Positions 17,406 to 27,289 of a stretch of 32,617 bases of DNA are shown in pieces. Under the pieces are notes generated by a model, which was not told the origin of the DNA, made no database searches, and saw only the letters and a list, made by a program, of their open reading frames with translations. The DNA comes from an uncultured Gammaproteobacteria bacterium. GTDB taxonomy: Bacteria > Patescibacteriota > Patescibacteriia > Patescibacteriales > UBA12465. A program made the translations under genes and the position numbers. How positions within the stretch are numbered: position 1 is the first letter of the stretch; each line of letters opens with the position of its first letter. The DNA lies in NCBI GenBank assembly GCA_964448505.1, contig CAYUWA010000002.1, forward strand, positions 61,733 through 94,349, read 5' to 3'.

Positions 17406-17563
17406 TTTCCCGGGAGATTTTCTATTTTCTTTGTCTGGCTTGGATTGTTTTTATAATAAGCGAAATTATTTTTCCTAATATTATCTTAGCTTATTTTAAT
17501 CTTAATTTTTTGTTTCTAATGATTATTGTTTTAGGTTTATTTATATTAATTAAAAAAGAATAA
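17384..17563 (+). CDS. candidate small membrane protein (59 aa, two hydrophobic helices), absent from the ORF track
   Basis: Hand translation: MAKNIQLISREIFYFLCLAWIVFIISEIIFPNIILAYFNLNFLFLMIIVLGLFILIKKE*. It fills the otherwise empty 17406-17568 gap, overlaps the upstream gene by 22 nt, and ends 5 nt before the next ATG. Confidence 0.4.
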   Translation: MAKNIQLISREIFYFLCLAWIVFIISEIIFPNIILAYFNLNFLFLMIIVLGLFILIKKE

Positions 17564-17568
17564 ATATT

Positions 17569-19554
17569 ATGAGTTTAAATTATTTTTTCAATCCCGAAGC
17601 GGTCGCTATTTTAGGCGCTTCAAGCAATAAGAAAAAAATCGGTCGCCAAGTACTGGATAATATAAGTCAAGGCGGTTTTAAAGGAAGAATTTATCCGATA
17701 AATTTACAAGAAAAAAAAGTCGCCGGCCTGAAGGCTTATCCGGATTTGTTAAAACTGCCCAAGCAAGATTTCAATAAATTATTACTCGTTATCGCTATTC
17801 CGGCGCAATTTGTCGTTGAAGAGATAAAAAAATGCGTTAGTCTTGGAATTAAAAACGTAATTATTATCAGTGCCGGATTCAAAGAAGCAGGAGCAGATGG
17901 TATTAATCAGGAAAAAGAAATTATTAGCCTCGCTGAGGCTCATAAAATAAATATTTTAGGACCAAATTGTTTAGGGCTTATTAATACTTTTAATAATCTA
18001 AATGCCAGTTTTGCCGCGAGCGGCGTCAGGCCGGGGAAAATTGCCTTATTATCACAATCAGGAGCAGTCGGAAGTGCCGCTCTTGATTGGCTTAGAACTA
18101 AAGACTTTAACTTGGCATATTTTGTAAGTTTAGGTAACAAAGCGGTTCTAGATGAGAATGATTTATTGGAATATTTAGCGCATGATAAAAGAATAGAAAT
18201 GGTTGTCGCGTATTTGGAGGAAATTAGTGACGGAGAAAGATTCATGTCGCTCGTTTCTAGGTTGGCGAAGAGAAAACCAGTGGCAATTTTAAAAGCAGGT
18301 AGCAGCTCCGCCGGAGGCGAAATGGCCAAGTCTCATACCGGTTCTTTAGCCGGTTCAAACGAAGCAGTTATAAGCGGGCTGAAAAGAGCCGGAGCGATTT
18401 GTTTAAATAACCTGGAGGAATTATTTAATTTATTGTTTTTATTTCAAAAACAAGCCTGGAAGAATAAGGGTTTGCAAGATTTGCATTTGCTGACTAATGC
18501 CGGCGGGCCGGCGGTTTTAACGGTTGATGCCTTAAGTCGGAAAGGGCTTTCTTTGGGCTCTAGTCTTGATTTATTGGGTGACGCCGATGCCTTGCGTTAT
18601 GAAAATGCTTTAAATAAATTATTGGAAAATAAGAAAGTTAATAATGTCTTGGTTCTTCTAACGCCGCAGACCGTTACTGAACCGCTTAAGACAGCGGAGA
18701 TTATTGTTGAGGCGGCTAAAAAATATCCGAATAAATTAATTATGGCGAGCTTTATCGGCGGAGGCGCGGTAAGATCGGCTCGGTCATTATTGGAAGACCA
18801 TGAAATCCCATTTTTTGAGTATCCGGAAGAAGCAATTGAAACTTTCAAACAATTAAATCTCTATAAAATCAGAATGAGGGATTTAAGCGATTATAGAAAA
18901 TTTAACGGTAGAATAAAAAAAGCAATTAAAGACGATGATTACTTAAAGTCGCTTTCCTTGTTAAAGCAATATGGAATTTCAACCGTTAAAACTCATAAAT
19001 ATAAAGGCGAGGCTATAAATAGTTTAAAATTTCCGGTTGTTTTAAAAGCGGTTGGTCCGGATTTTTTACATAAAACCGAAAAAGGAGGCGTCGTCGTCAA
19101 TCTAAAATCGGAAAAGGAGTTAAAACAAGCGGCGCGTAATCTCTTGAATAAAAATTCTAAGGTTTTTAATAATAGTCGTAATTATTTAGTTGTTCAAAAT
19201 CAAGCCAGTAAATTTCAGGAAATAATTATCGGGTTTAAAAGAGATGTTTCATTCGGACCGATTATGATGGTCGGTCTTGGCGGGATTTACGCGGAAATAT
19301 TTAAGGAAGTTAAATTAGAAGTTGCCGATCTTGATTTTAAACGAGCCTTACTTATGATTAAAAGCTTAAAAATATATCCGATTTTAGACGGGGCGCGCGG
19401 GCAAAAAAAGTATAACGTTAAAGCTTTGGCAAAAGTAATTGTTAATTTAGCGAAGCTCGCTAATGAACATCCGGAAATAAAAGAATTGGATATAAACCCG
19501 GCCTTCATTTTTGAAGAAGGCGTTCTAGCCGGGGATGTTAGAATTATTTTATAG
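17569..19554 (+). CDS. acetate--CoA ligase (ADP-forming), fused alpha/beta (NDP-forming acyl-CoA synthetase)
   Basis: N-terminal CoA-binding motif VAILGASSNKKKIGRQV, phosphohistidine loop MAKSHTGSLAGS, and a C-terminal ATP-grasp-like half. Confidence 0.9.
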   Translation: MSLNYFFNPEAVAILGASSNKKKIGRQVLDNISQGGFKGRIYPINLQEKKVAGLKAYPDLLKLPKQDFNKLLLVIAIPAQFVVEEIKKCVSLGIKNVIIISAGFKEAGADGINQEKEIISLAEAHKINILGPNCLGLINTFNNLNASFAASGVRPGKIALLSQSGAVGSAALDWLRTKDFNLAYFVSLGNKAVLDENDLLEYLAHDKRIEMVVAYLEEISDGERFMSLVSRLAKRKPVAILKAGSSSAGGEMAKSHTGSLAGSNEAVISGLKRAGAICLNNLEELFNLLFLFQKQAWKNKGLQDLHLLTNAGGPAVLTVDALSRKGLSLGSSLDLLGDADALRYENALNKLLENKKVNNVLVLLTPQTVTEPLKTAEIIVEAAKKYPNKLIMASFIGGGAVRSARSLLEDHEIPFFEYPEEAIETFKQLNLYKIRMRDLSDYRKFNGRIKKAIKDDDYLKSLSLLKQYGISTVKTHKYKGEAINSLKFPVVLKAVGPDFLHKTEKGGVVVNLKSEKELKQAARNLLNKNSKVFNNSRNYLVVQNQASKFQEIIIGFKRDVSFGPIMMVGLGGIYAEIFKEVKLEVADLDFKRALLMIKSLKIYPILDGARGQKKYNVKALAKVIVNLAKLANEHPEIKELDINPAFIFEEGVLAGDVRIIL

Positions 19555-19603
19555 AGTAAAACTTTATAAATTGTGTTTTATTTGTTTAGGATTTGTTTGA
19601 CTT

Positions 19604-20317
19604 ATGTATAAATCCAAGAAAATTATCGTCGTTTTGCCGGCTTACAACGCCGCCGATACTTTGGAAATAACCGTACGCGATATTCCCGATATAGTTGACG
19701 AGATAATTTTGGTTGATGATAAGAGCAAAGATGAAACGGTAGAAATTGCCAAGCGCCTTGGTCTTTTTGTTTTTGCGCGTGATAAAAACGGCGGTTATGG
19801 GGCAAACCAAAAGAATTGTTATCGCTTGGCGCTTCAGCACGGGGCCGATATTGTTATTATGATTCATCCCGACTATCAATATGACCCGCGACTAATTAAT
19901 TATTTTGTTGAATTTATTGCCGACGATCATTTTGATGTCGTTTTGGGAACTAGAATAAGGAGTCGGCAGGAGGCTTTAGCTGGCGGGATGCCAAAATACA
20001 AATATTTTTTTAATAGACTACTTACTATTTTTGAGAATTTAGTCAGCGGTTATAATTTATCGGAGTGGCATACTGGCATGCGGGCTTATAAGCGCGAGGT
20101 TTTAGAAGTGATAAGCTGGCAGAACAATTCCGATAATTTTGTCTTTGACAGTCAGGTCTTATTCCAAATTGTCGGGAAAAAATTTAGAATTGGCGAAATT
20201 CCGGCGCCGGTTAGATATTTTAAGGAAGCATCGTCCATAAATTTTTGGCGCAGTTTAGCCTATGGAGTAGGGACGCTTTGGGTCGCTCTTAAATATTTTT
20301 TTGGATTTTTTAAATAA
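19604..20317 (+). CDS. family 2 glycosyltransferase (polyprenyl-phosphate sugar synthase-like, DPM1/ArnC type)
   Basis: IIVVLPAYNAADTLE..ILVDDKSKDETVEIA.. GT-A signature. About 240 aa with a C-terminal hydrophobic tail. Confidence 0.88.
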   Translation: MYKSKKIIVVLPAYNAADTLEITVRDIPDIVDEIILVDDKSKDETVEIAKRLGLFVFARDKNGGYGANQKNCYRLALQHGADIVIMIHPDYQYDPRLINYFVEFIADDHFDVVLGTRIRSRQEALAGGMPKYKYFFNRLLTIFENLVSGYNLSEWHTGMRAYKREVLEVISWQNNSDNFVFDSQVLFQIVGKKFRIGEIPAPVRYFKEASSINFWRSLAYGVGTLWVALKYFFGFFK

Positions 20318-20320
20318 TTT

Positions 20321-21868
20321 ATGTTAAAAAATTGGCGCATATATTTACTTATAATTGTTCTTGGTTTTTTGTTTTACGGTCAAACGCTTTTTTTTGATTT
20401 TACTTATTTTGACGATCAATCTTTGGTTCTTCAAAACGCGCAAATTTTAAAAGGGGAGGGGTTAAAAGGAATATTTTCTAATGACGCCTTTTTTTCTAAC
20501 TCGGATGCTTACTATCGTCCGCTCCTCAATCTTTCTTTTTGGTTAGAACTAAAAACGGGAAGCTTAAGTCCGCACCTATTCCACTTATCCAATATCTTTT
20601 TGCATATTTTAGCGGCGTGTTTAGTATATGCAATTTTTAAAAAACTAACACAAAAAAATAATTTATCGCTTATCGCTTCTTTATTATTTTTAGGTCATCC
20701 GATTTTAGTGCAAGCGGTCGCTTGGATTCCGGGAAGAAACGATTCGCTCTTAACAGTTTTTGTTTTGGCCGACTTTTTAGCATTTGTAAATTTTCTAAAT
20801 ACAAAAAGCCTAAAATCGTATATTCTTCAGTTTGTTTTTCTTCTGCTCGCTATGCTGACTAAAGAAACGGCTATTTTTGCTGTCTTTGTCTTTGGAATTT
20901 ATGGGCTATTGTTCGAGCGAAGAAAGCAGGAGAATGCAGATATCGGTCTTTTGGTGCTTAGTTGGGGCTTGGCGCTATTTATTTATTTTTTGATGCGCAA
21001 CTTGGCACTTGAGGCTTTTACCGGAGCGAATTTAGTTAATATTTTGTCTGCCATACACAATAATTTTTTAGCTTTTATTTTATCGGCGGGTAAAATAATT
21101 TTTCCATTCAATCTTAGCGTTTTACCGACCTTAAAAGATTCGGGGTTATATTTTGGCTTTGTTGTACTTAGCATCTTCTTTTTGGTTTTATTATTTATTA
21201 AAAAAGATTGGCGATATTTTATTTTTGGTTTTTCTTGGTTTATCTTCTTTGCCGCTCCTTCATTTTTTCTGCAAAACGTCGGTTTGGGCGTAGACTTTTA
21301 TTTGGAGCAGAGGATGTATTTACCGCTCATCGGTATTTTTTTGATGTTAATAAGTCTGGATATAGTTAGGGGCTTGGATTTTAATAAAAAGTCGATAAAA
21401 TTTTTTGGGATATTACTTATTACGATATTTTTCATTTTAACTCTTATTCATAGCCGCGATTTTGTAAATAAAATAGTTTTTTGGCAGGCGGCAATTAACG
21501 ATTCTCCAAGTTCAGCTCTCGCCCATCGTAATCTTGGAGCGATGTATTATCTTGAGAAGGACTATAAAGGCGCCGAAGGGGAATATAAAAAAGCCCTTGA
21601 ACTTAATCCGGAAGAGCCGATGACTCATAATAACTTGGGCGTAATTTATTTAGAGAATAACGATTTAAAGAGGGCGGAGGCAGAGTTCCAAGAGGAATTA
21701 AGGGTTAACCCGGGTTATGATAAGGCTTTGTTTAATATAGGAGAACTTTATTATAAGCAGGATAAGTTAGACCAAGCGCGTAATTTTTGGACGCAAGCTT
21801 TAAATATAAATCCTCGTTATGGCGAAGCCTATAATCGCTTGCTAAATTCAGAAAAAACGTTAAGATAA
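20321..21868 (+). CDS. polytopic membrane protein with C-terminal TPR repeats (GT-C, PMT/TMTC-like putative glycosyltransferase)
   Basis: More than 10 hydrophobic segments. First-loop motif FTYFDDQSLVLQN (acidic DD, as in PMT/ArnT/TMTC). Three TPR units in the last ~115 aa (..AHRNLGAMYYLEKDYKGAEGEYKKALELNP.., etc.). Confidence 0.78.
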   Translation: MLKNWRIYLLIIVLGFLFYGQTLFFDFTYFDDQSLVLQNAQILKGEGLKGIFSNDAFFSNSDAYYRPLLNLSFWLELKTGSLSPHLFHLSNIFLHILAACLVYAIFKKLTQKNNLSLIASLLFLGHPILVQAVAWIPGRNDSLLTVFVLADFLAFVNFLNTKSLKSYILQFVFLLLAMLTKETAIFAVFVFGIYGLLFERRKQENADIGLLVLSWGLALFIYFLMRNLALEAFTGANLVNILSAIHNNFLAFILSAGKIIFPFNLSVLPTLKDSGLYFGFVVLSIFFLVLLFIKKDWRYFIFGFSWFIFFAAPSFFLQNVGLGVDFYLEQRMYLPLIGIFLMLISLDIVRGLDFNKKSIKFFGILLITIFFILTLIHSRDFVNKIVFWQAAINDSPSSALAHRNLGAMYYLEKDYKGAEGEYKKALELNPEEPMTHNNLGVIYLENNDLKRAEAEFQEELRVNPGYDKALFNIGELYYKQDKLDQARNFWTQALNINPRYGEAYNRLLNSEKTLR

Positions 21869-21872
21869 AGGT

Positions 21873-23516
21873 ATGTTTAAGAGTATTTTTAGAAGACAAA
21901 TAAATAATATTACCGTCGCAGCGGCCCTAATCGCTTTATTTTCTTTAGCCTCTCGTTTTTTAGGCATTATTCGCGATCGTATTTTAGCCGGACAATTCGG
22001 AGCGGGAGAGACTTTAGATATATATTATGCTGCTTTTAGAATACCGGACCTAATTTTTAATTTGGTCGTTTTAGGCGCTCTTTCCGCCGGTTTTATCCCG
22101 ATTTTTACAACTCTAGTCAAAGATTTTAAGTGCGAGAAAGGGCGCTCTGAGTCAAGCGTCCATAATAAAGAAGCCTGGGAATTGAGTAATAATGTCCTAC
22201 AATTATTGCTTTTAGCTTTACTTGGTCTTTCCGTTTTGGGGATAATTTTTGCTCCCTTTCTAACGAAAATAATAACTCCCGGATTTGGCGCAGAGGCGCA
22301 AAAGACGGTTGTCCTTCTGACAAGGATAATGTTTTTATCGCCACTATTTTTAGGGGTATCGGGAATTTTTGGCGGTATCTTGCAATCTTTTAAGAGATTC
22401 TTGATTTATTCGTTAGCGCCTATTTTTTATAATTTAGGGATAATTATCGGCGCCCTATATTTTGTTAATTTTTTGGGGCTAAGCGGTCTCGCTTGGGGGG
22501 TTGTTCTGGGCGCTTTTTTACATATGGTCATTCAAATTCCGATGGTTTATTACTTGGGATTTAGATTTAAATTCAAGATTAATTGGCGAGATATCAATAC
22601 TTGGAAAATAGTTCAGCTAATGGGGCCGCGAACTTTAAGTTTAGCTATTTCTCAAATTAATTTAGTCGTTATTACGATAATTGCCAGCGGTCTTTCTAGC
22701 GGTTCGCTCTCTATTTTTAATTTTGCCAATAATTTACAATCTTTTCCGATTGGTATTTTTGGGATTTCATTTGCCATCGCTGCCTTCCCATCATTGTCCG
22801 AGTTTGCTTTTAATAAAGAAAAATTGGCAGAGAGTTTTTCTGGGGCGATGCGGCAAATTTTATTCTTTATTATCCCGGCAACCGTTTTAATTATAACCCT
22901 AAGAGCGCAAATTATTAGAGTAGTTCTGGGAACGGGAAGTTTTGATTGGCAAGATACGGTTTTAACGATGAATACGCTCGGGTTTTTTGCCCTAAGCCTT
23001 TTTGCGCAAGCGACTCTGCCTCTTTTAACGCGAGTATTTTACGCTCGGCATAATTCTAAAACACCATTTTATTTCGGGTTTTTTACAATAATAATAAATA
23101 TCGCTTTGTCATATTATCTCGGAGCTAAGCTTGGGGTTGCCGGTTTGGCGCTCGCTTTTTCAATCGCCAATACTTTGAATATGCTCTTGTTATGGGGTTA
23201 TTTATATGTTAAAGTAGGGGCTCTTGATTTGGCTAATATTTTAGTTTCCGTTTCAAAGTTTACGATTGCGGCGATAGCCGCCGGAATAGCGGCGCAACTT
23301 ATGAAAGCGGTTGTTTGGCCGATAATTGATATGACTAAGTTCAGCGGCGTCTTTATTCAATTAGCTATTTCTTTTACCGTCGGATTAATTGTTTATGCTT
23401 TCTTTTGTTATTTATTTAAGAGCGAAGAGCTCTTTGGTTTACTTTCAACACTTAGAAAGAAAATCCCGGTTAAGAAGATTAAAATTGAAGATCAGGGAGA
23501 AGCGCGGGGTAATTAA
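21873..23516 (+). CDS. murJ: lipid II flippase MurJ/MviN
   Basis: N-terminal ..SRFLGIIRDRILAGQFGAGETLDIYYAAFRIPDLIFNL.. signature and about 14 TM segments. Confidence 0.9.
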   Translation: MFKSIFRRQINNITVAAALIALFSLASRFLGIIRDRILAGQFGAGETLDIYYAAFRIPDLIFNLVVLGALSAGFIPIFTTLVKDFKCEKGRSESSVHNKEAWELSNNVLQLLLLALLGLSVLGIIFAPFLTKIITPGFGAEAQKTVVLLTRIMFLSPLFLGVSGIFGGILQSFKRFLIYSLAPIFYNLGIIIGALYFVNFLGLSGLAWGVVLGAFLHMVIQIPMVYYLGFRFKFKINWRDINTWKIVQLMGPRTLSLAISQINLVVITIIASGLSSGSLSIFNFANNLQSFPIGIFGISFAIAAFPSLSEFAFNKEKLAESFSGAMRQILFFIIPATVLIITLRAQIIRVVLGTGSFDWQDTVLTMNTLGFFALSLFAQATLPLLTRVFYARHNSKTPFYFGFFTIIINIALSYYLGAKLGVAGLALAFSIANTLNMLLLWGYLYVKVGALDLANILVSVSKFTIAAIAAGIAAQLMKAVVWPIIDMTKFSGVFIQLAISFTVGLIVYAFFCYLFKSEELFGLLSTLRKKIPVKKIKIEDQGEARGN

Positions 23517-23525
23517 ATTAAAATT

Positions 23526-25361
23526 ATGTTAGATATAAATAAAATTAGGAACTTTGCTGTCTTGGCGCATATTGATCACGGCAAGTCAACTTTGGCTGAT
23601 CGGATGTTGGAAATTACCGGGACGGTTGAAAAGAGAAAAATGAAAGCGCAAATTCTTGACGGGATGGATATAGAAAGAGAAAGAGGTATTACGATTAAAC
23701 TTCAACCGGTAACTATGAATTATCGGGGTTATGTTCTTAATCTAATTGATACTCCCGGTCACGTTGACTTTTCGTATGAGGTTTCTCGCTCTTTGGCGGC
23801 GGTTGAAACGGCTGTTTTATTAGTTGATTCAACTCAGGGGATTCAAGCGCAAACTTTAGCTAATCTATATTTGGCCTTAGAACAGAATTTGACGATTATT
23901 CCGGTCGTTAATAAAATTGATTTGCCGGCAGCCGATGTTCCGAAAGTAAAACGGGAAATTATTAAATTACTGGGTTGCAAGCAAGAGGAAATATTTTGCA
24001 GTTCGGGAAAGACCGGTGAAGGAGTGGCGGAAATTCTAGACGAGGTAATAAGAATTAGCCAAGCGCCGACTGAACCAAAAGAAACAACCCTTTCTAAAAA
24101 CGGCCAAGATTATCCGCGTGCTTTAATCTTTGATTCTAAATACGATACTTATCGCGGCGTTGTCGCTTATATTAGAGTTTTTAACGGCAAGATTAAAAAA
24201 GGAGATAAGATAAAATTATTATCGGTTCAAGTAGAAAGCGAAGTTTTAGATTGCGGGATATTTAAACCTGATTATGAATCAACCGGAGAATTAAATCCCG
24301 GAGAAATCGGCTATGTTGTTACCGGATTTAAAACTGTTGCCGATTGTCGCGTTGGCGATACATTAACGGCTAACGAGGGCGTCGCTCATTCTAAACAAAT
24401 TGAACGCCTAGAAGGCTATAAGGAGGTAAAACCAATGGTCTTTGCGGGTATTTTCCCAAGAGAAGGTAGTGACTTTAAAGAACTTCGTGAGGCGATGGAT
24501 AAATTAAAATTGAATGATGCGGCGTTAGCTTATGAGCCGGAAAGATCAGATGCGCTTGGTTTCGGTTTTCGTTGCGGATTTTTAGGACTCCTTCATTTAG
24601 AAGTTTTTCAAGAAAGGCTAAGGCGCGAATATAATTTAGATTTAATTGTTACGGTTCCGAGCGTCGCTTACAAAGTCTATAAAACAAACGGTGAGGAAGA
24701 GATTATTAGAACGCCGCAACGTTTACCCGAACCGACCTATATCAGTAAAATTGAAGAGCCTTGGGTAAGCCTCGATATTATTGCTCCGAAAGCGTATATG
24801 GGCAATATTATTAAACTAGCCCAAGACAAGCGAGGAATTTATAAAAATACCGAGTATATTTCAGCGGACGGTGATGATAGTCGGGCGATTTTACATTACG
24901 AAATTCCGCTCTCGGCGATTTTAACGGATTTTTATGATAAAATAAAAAGTGTTTCCGCCGGCTATGCTTCTATAAATTACGAGTACCTTGATTATCGTCA
25001 AGCCGACGTCGTTAAGATGGATATTCTGGTTGCCGAAGATATTATTGAAGCACTCGCGACTATTGTTTATCGCGATGATGCTAATCGCGAGGGAAGAGTA
25101 ATTGTTGATATTTTAAAAGATAATTTATCGCGTCAAATGTTTGCCGTCAAAATTCAAGCGGCGATAGGTTCTAAAATAATAGCCGCAGAAAAATTATCGG
25201 CGATGCGCAAAGATGTCACCGCTAAATTATATGGCGGAGATGTTAGCCGTAAAAGAAAATTATTGGAAAAACAAAAAAAAGGAAAAAAGAAAATGATGGC
25301 GGCGGGAAAAGGAAGCGTTGATATTCCGCCGGAAACTTTCGTTAAAATATTAAAAAGGTAA
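23526..25361 (+). CDS. lepA: translation elongation factor 4 (LepA)
   Basis: G1 AHIDHGKST, G3 DTPGH, G4 NKID, and the LepA-specific C-terminus ..KLYGGDVSRKRKLLEKQKKGKKKM... Confidence 0.98.
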   Translation: MLDINKIRNFAVLAHIDHGKSTLADRMLEITGTVEKRKMKAQILDGMDIERERGITIKLQPVTMNYRGYVLNLIDTPGHVDFSYEVSRSLAAVETAVLLVDSTQGIQAQTLANLYLALEQNLTIIPVVNKIDLPAADVPKVKREIIKLLGCKQEEIFCSSGKTGEGVAEILDEVIRISQAPTEPKETTLSKNGQDYPRALIFDSKYDTYRGVVAYIRVFNGKIKKGDKIKLLSVQVESEVLDCGIFKPDYESTGELNPGEIGYVVTGFKTVADCRVGDTLTANEGVAHSKQIERLEGYKEVKPMVFAGIFPREGSDFKELREAMDKLKLNDAALAYEPERSDALGFGFRCGFLGLLHLEVFQERLRREYNLDLIVTVPSVAYKVYKTNGEEEIIRTPQRLPEPTYISKIEEPWVSLDIIAPKAYMGNIIKLAQDKRGIYKNTEYISADGDDSRAILHYEIPLSAILTDFYDKIKSVSAGYASINYEYLDYRQADVVKMDILVAEDIIEALATIVYRDDANREGRVIVDILKDNLSRQMFAVKIQAAIGSKIIAAEKLSAMRKDVTAKLYGGDVSRKRKLLEKQKKGKKKMMAAGKGSVDIPPETFVKILKR

Positions 25362-25371
25362 GTCTATAAAT

Positions 25372-25470
25372 ATGAAAAGAAAAAAAATTATTAAGACGGT
25401 TTGGATTATTATTTCCGCCATGGTCGTTATTTCTATGGTCTTTATGACGGCGGCAGTCGGTTTGTTTTAA
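25372..25470 (+). CDS. candidate 32-aa single-pass membrane peptide, absent from the ORF track
   Basis: Hand translation: MKRKKIIKTVWIIISAMVVISMVFMTAAVGLF*. Basic N-terminus plus one TM helix. It starts 10 nt after the lepA stop. Confidence 0.4.
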   Translation: MKRKKIIKTVWIIISAMVVISMVFMTAAVGLF

Positions 25471-25491
25471 ATTTAAATTATCATAAATTAA

Positions 25492-27285
25492 ATGAAAGAA
25501 TGGCGCTTGCTTCCTGAGATTTCGGAAGGTTTTATATTAGAACATAAAAAAATTTCCCGAGTTTTATTACAACTCTTGTTTAATCGTGGACTCAAAAATG
25601 AGGAAGAGATAAGAGCATTTTTAAGCGGGGAGCTTGATAATAAATTAACGGTTAATATAGGAGAGGATAATACTTTTGCTTTTTACGATCCTTTTTTATT
25701 TAAAGATATGTCCGCGTCGGTTGAACTTATTATTTCTCACATTAAAGCCGGCGACAAAATTGTTGTTTATGGGGATTATGATGCCGACGGCGTTACGGCC
25801 TCGGTTGTTTTACTAGAAGCCTTAAATATTTTACACGCTAAGGCAGAGGTTTATTTGCCTGATCGGGTTAGCGAGGGGTACGGCTTAAATAAAATGGCGA
25901 TTGATCAAGCCTTAGAACAAGGGTTTAAACTTATTATTACAGTTGATAACGGCGTTCGGAACTTTGACGAAGTCGCTTACGCTAAAAGCAAAGGATTAGA
26001 TATTATTATTACCGATCACCATATTTTACCAGAAAGCGAAGCGGATCTCCCGGATTGTTTATTAATTAATCCATCGGACGGACGCAATAATTATCCCTTT
26101 TCATACTTGGCTGGCGTCGGCGTTGCTTTTAAGCTTGTTTGCGCTTTACTTTTAAAATCAAATTTAACGGAAAAGCAAAGACAGCAAATTTTAGAGAGAA
26201 GTTTAGATTTAGTAGCGGTCGGGACAATCGCCGATATGGTTAGTTTGCTCGGTGAAAATAGATTATTAGTTAAACGCGGTCTGGAAGTGTTAAACCAAAA
26301 AAAGAGATTCGGTCTTAATGAGCTTATTAAAGCGGCAAAAATAAACAACGATAAAAAACTGGAGGCCTGGAATGTCGGTTGGCAAATCGGGCCGCGCCTT
26401 AATGCGGCGAGCCGTTTAAGCCACGCTAATACGGCCTTTGCCTTGCTGACAACGACGGACTTAGCGGAAGCGCAGAAATTAGCTGAAGAATTAAATCAAA
26501 GAAATATTAGTCGTCAGGAAATTACCAGAGAAATCAGCACTCAGGTTGAAGAACAAATTGATCCTAATAATTTGCCGAATTTAATTATTGGTATTTGCGG
26601 CGAAGACCAAGTTTGGAATGAGGGGGTAATCGGGCTGGTTGCCGGACGTATCGCCGAAAAATATTATCGCCCGACTTTAATTATTACCCGCTTGGTTGAA
26701 GAGGCGGAACTTGATTCCAAGACTAATAAGTTAATTCCAAGGTCAGTCTCATTTAAAGCTTCCGGGCGCTCAATTCCGGAACTTAATTTAATTAAAGCGA
26801 TTGAGGAGTGTTCTGATATATTACATAAGTACGGCGGACATCCGATGGCCTGTGGCTTTTCCGTCCAAGGGGAAGAGAATTTAAATAAATTTATAGAAAA
26901 AATTAATATTATCGCCGGAAGAGAATTAAAAGACGTAAAATTATTGCCAAAATTAGAAATTGAAGCGGAATTAAAAATTGAAGAAATAAATCTGGAAACC
27001 GCCGAACTTATAAGTACGCTCGCGCCGTACGGTCAGCATAATAATCAGCCGGTTTTTGTATCATACTCGCTTATAGTTGACGATATATTTCTGATGGGAC
27101 AAGATAATCAACATATCAAACTTCGTTTAAACGGAATTTGGGCGCTCGCTTTTGGCGGAGCGGAAAAATACAAAGAGTTTAGAATAGGGGATAAATTAGA
27201 TATTGTTTATTATTTGGAAGTAAACGATTTTAATAATAAAAGGGAAGCACAGCTTAAAATCATTGATTTAAAATTAGCTAAGTAA
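25492..27285 (+). CDS. recJ: single-stranded-DNA-specific exonuclease RecJ
   Basis: DHH-family motifs GDYDADGV and IITDHH, and DHHA1 motif YGGHPMACGF. Confidence 0.95.
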   Translation: MKEWRLLPEISEGFILEHKKISRVLLQLLFNRGLKNEEEIRAFLSGELDNKLTVNIGEDNTFAFYDPFLFKDMSASVELIISHIKAGDKIVVYGDYDADGVTASVVLLEALNILHAKAEVYLPDRVSEGYGLNKMAIDQALEQGFKLIITVDNGVRNFDEVAYAKSKGLDIIITDHHILPESEADLPDCLLINPSDGRNNYPFSYLAGVGVAFKLVCALLLKSNLTEKQRQQILERSLDLVAVGTIADMVSLLGENRLLVKRGLEVLNQKKRFGLNELIKAAKINNDKKLEAWNVGWQIGPRLNAASRLSHANTAFALLTTTDLAEAQKLAEELNQRNISRQEITREISTQVEEQIDPNNLPNLIIGICGEDQVWNEGVIGLVAGRIAEKYYRPTLIITRLVEEAELDSKTNKLIPRSVSFKASGRSIPELNLIKAIEECSDILHKYGGHPMACGFSVQGEENLNKFIEKINIIAGRELKDVKLLPKLEIEAELKIEEINLETAELISTLAPYGQHNNQPVFVSYSLIVDDIFLMGQDNQHIKLRLNGIWALAFGGAEKYKEFRIGDKLDIVYYLEVNDFNNKREAQLKIIDLKLAK

Positions 27286-27289
27286 TTAT

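Noticed and set aside
3586-19879. Antisense or off-frame ORF-track entries: 3586..3813(-), 4434..4898(-), 5793..5984(-), 6584..6781(-), 10045..10299(-), 12630..12950(-), 13734..14066(-), 17940..18329(-), 18597..18848(-), 19287..19508(-), 19586..19879(-), 19623..19805(-)
   Set aside because: Each lies wholly inside or opposite a gene with strong motif-level support (abiEii, ftsK, the 102-aa ORF, rpoB, rpoC, the acetyl-CoA synthetase, GT2). Their translations are S/L/K/F-rich shadows with no motifs.
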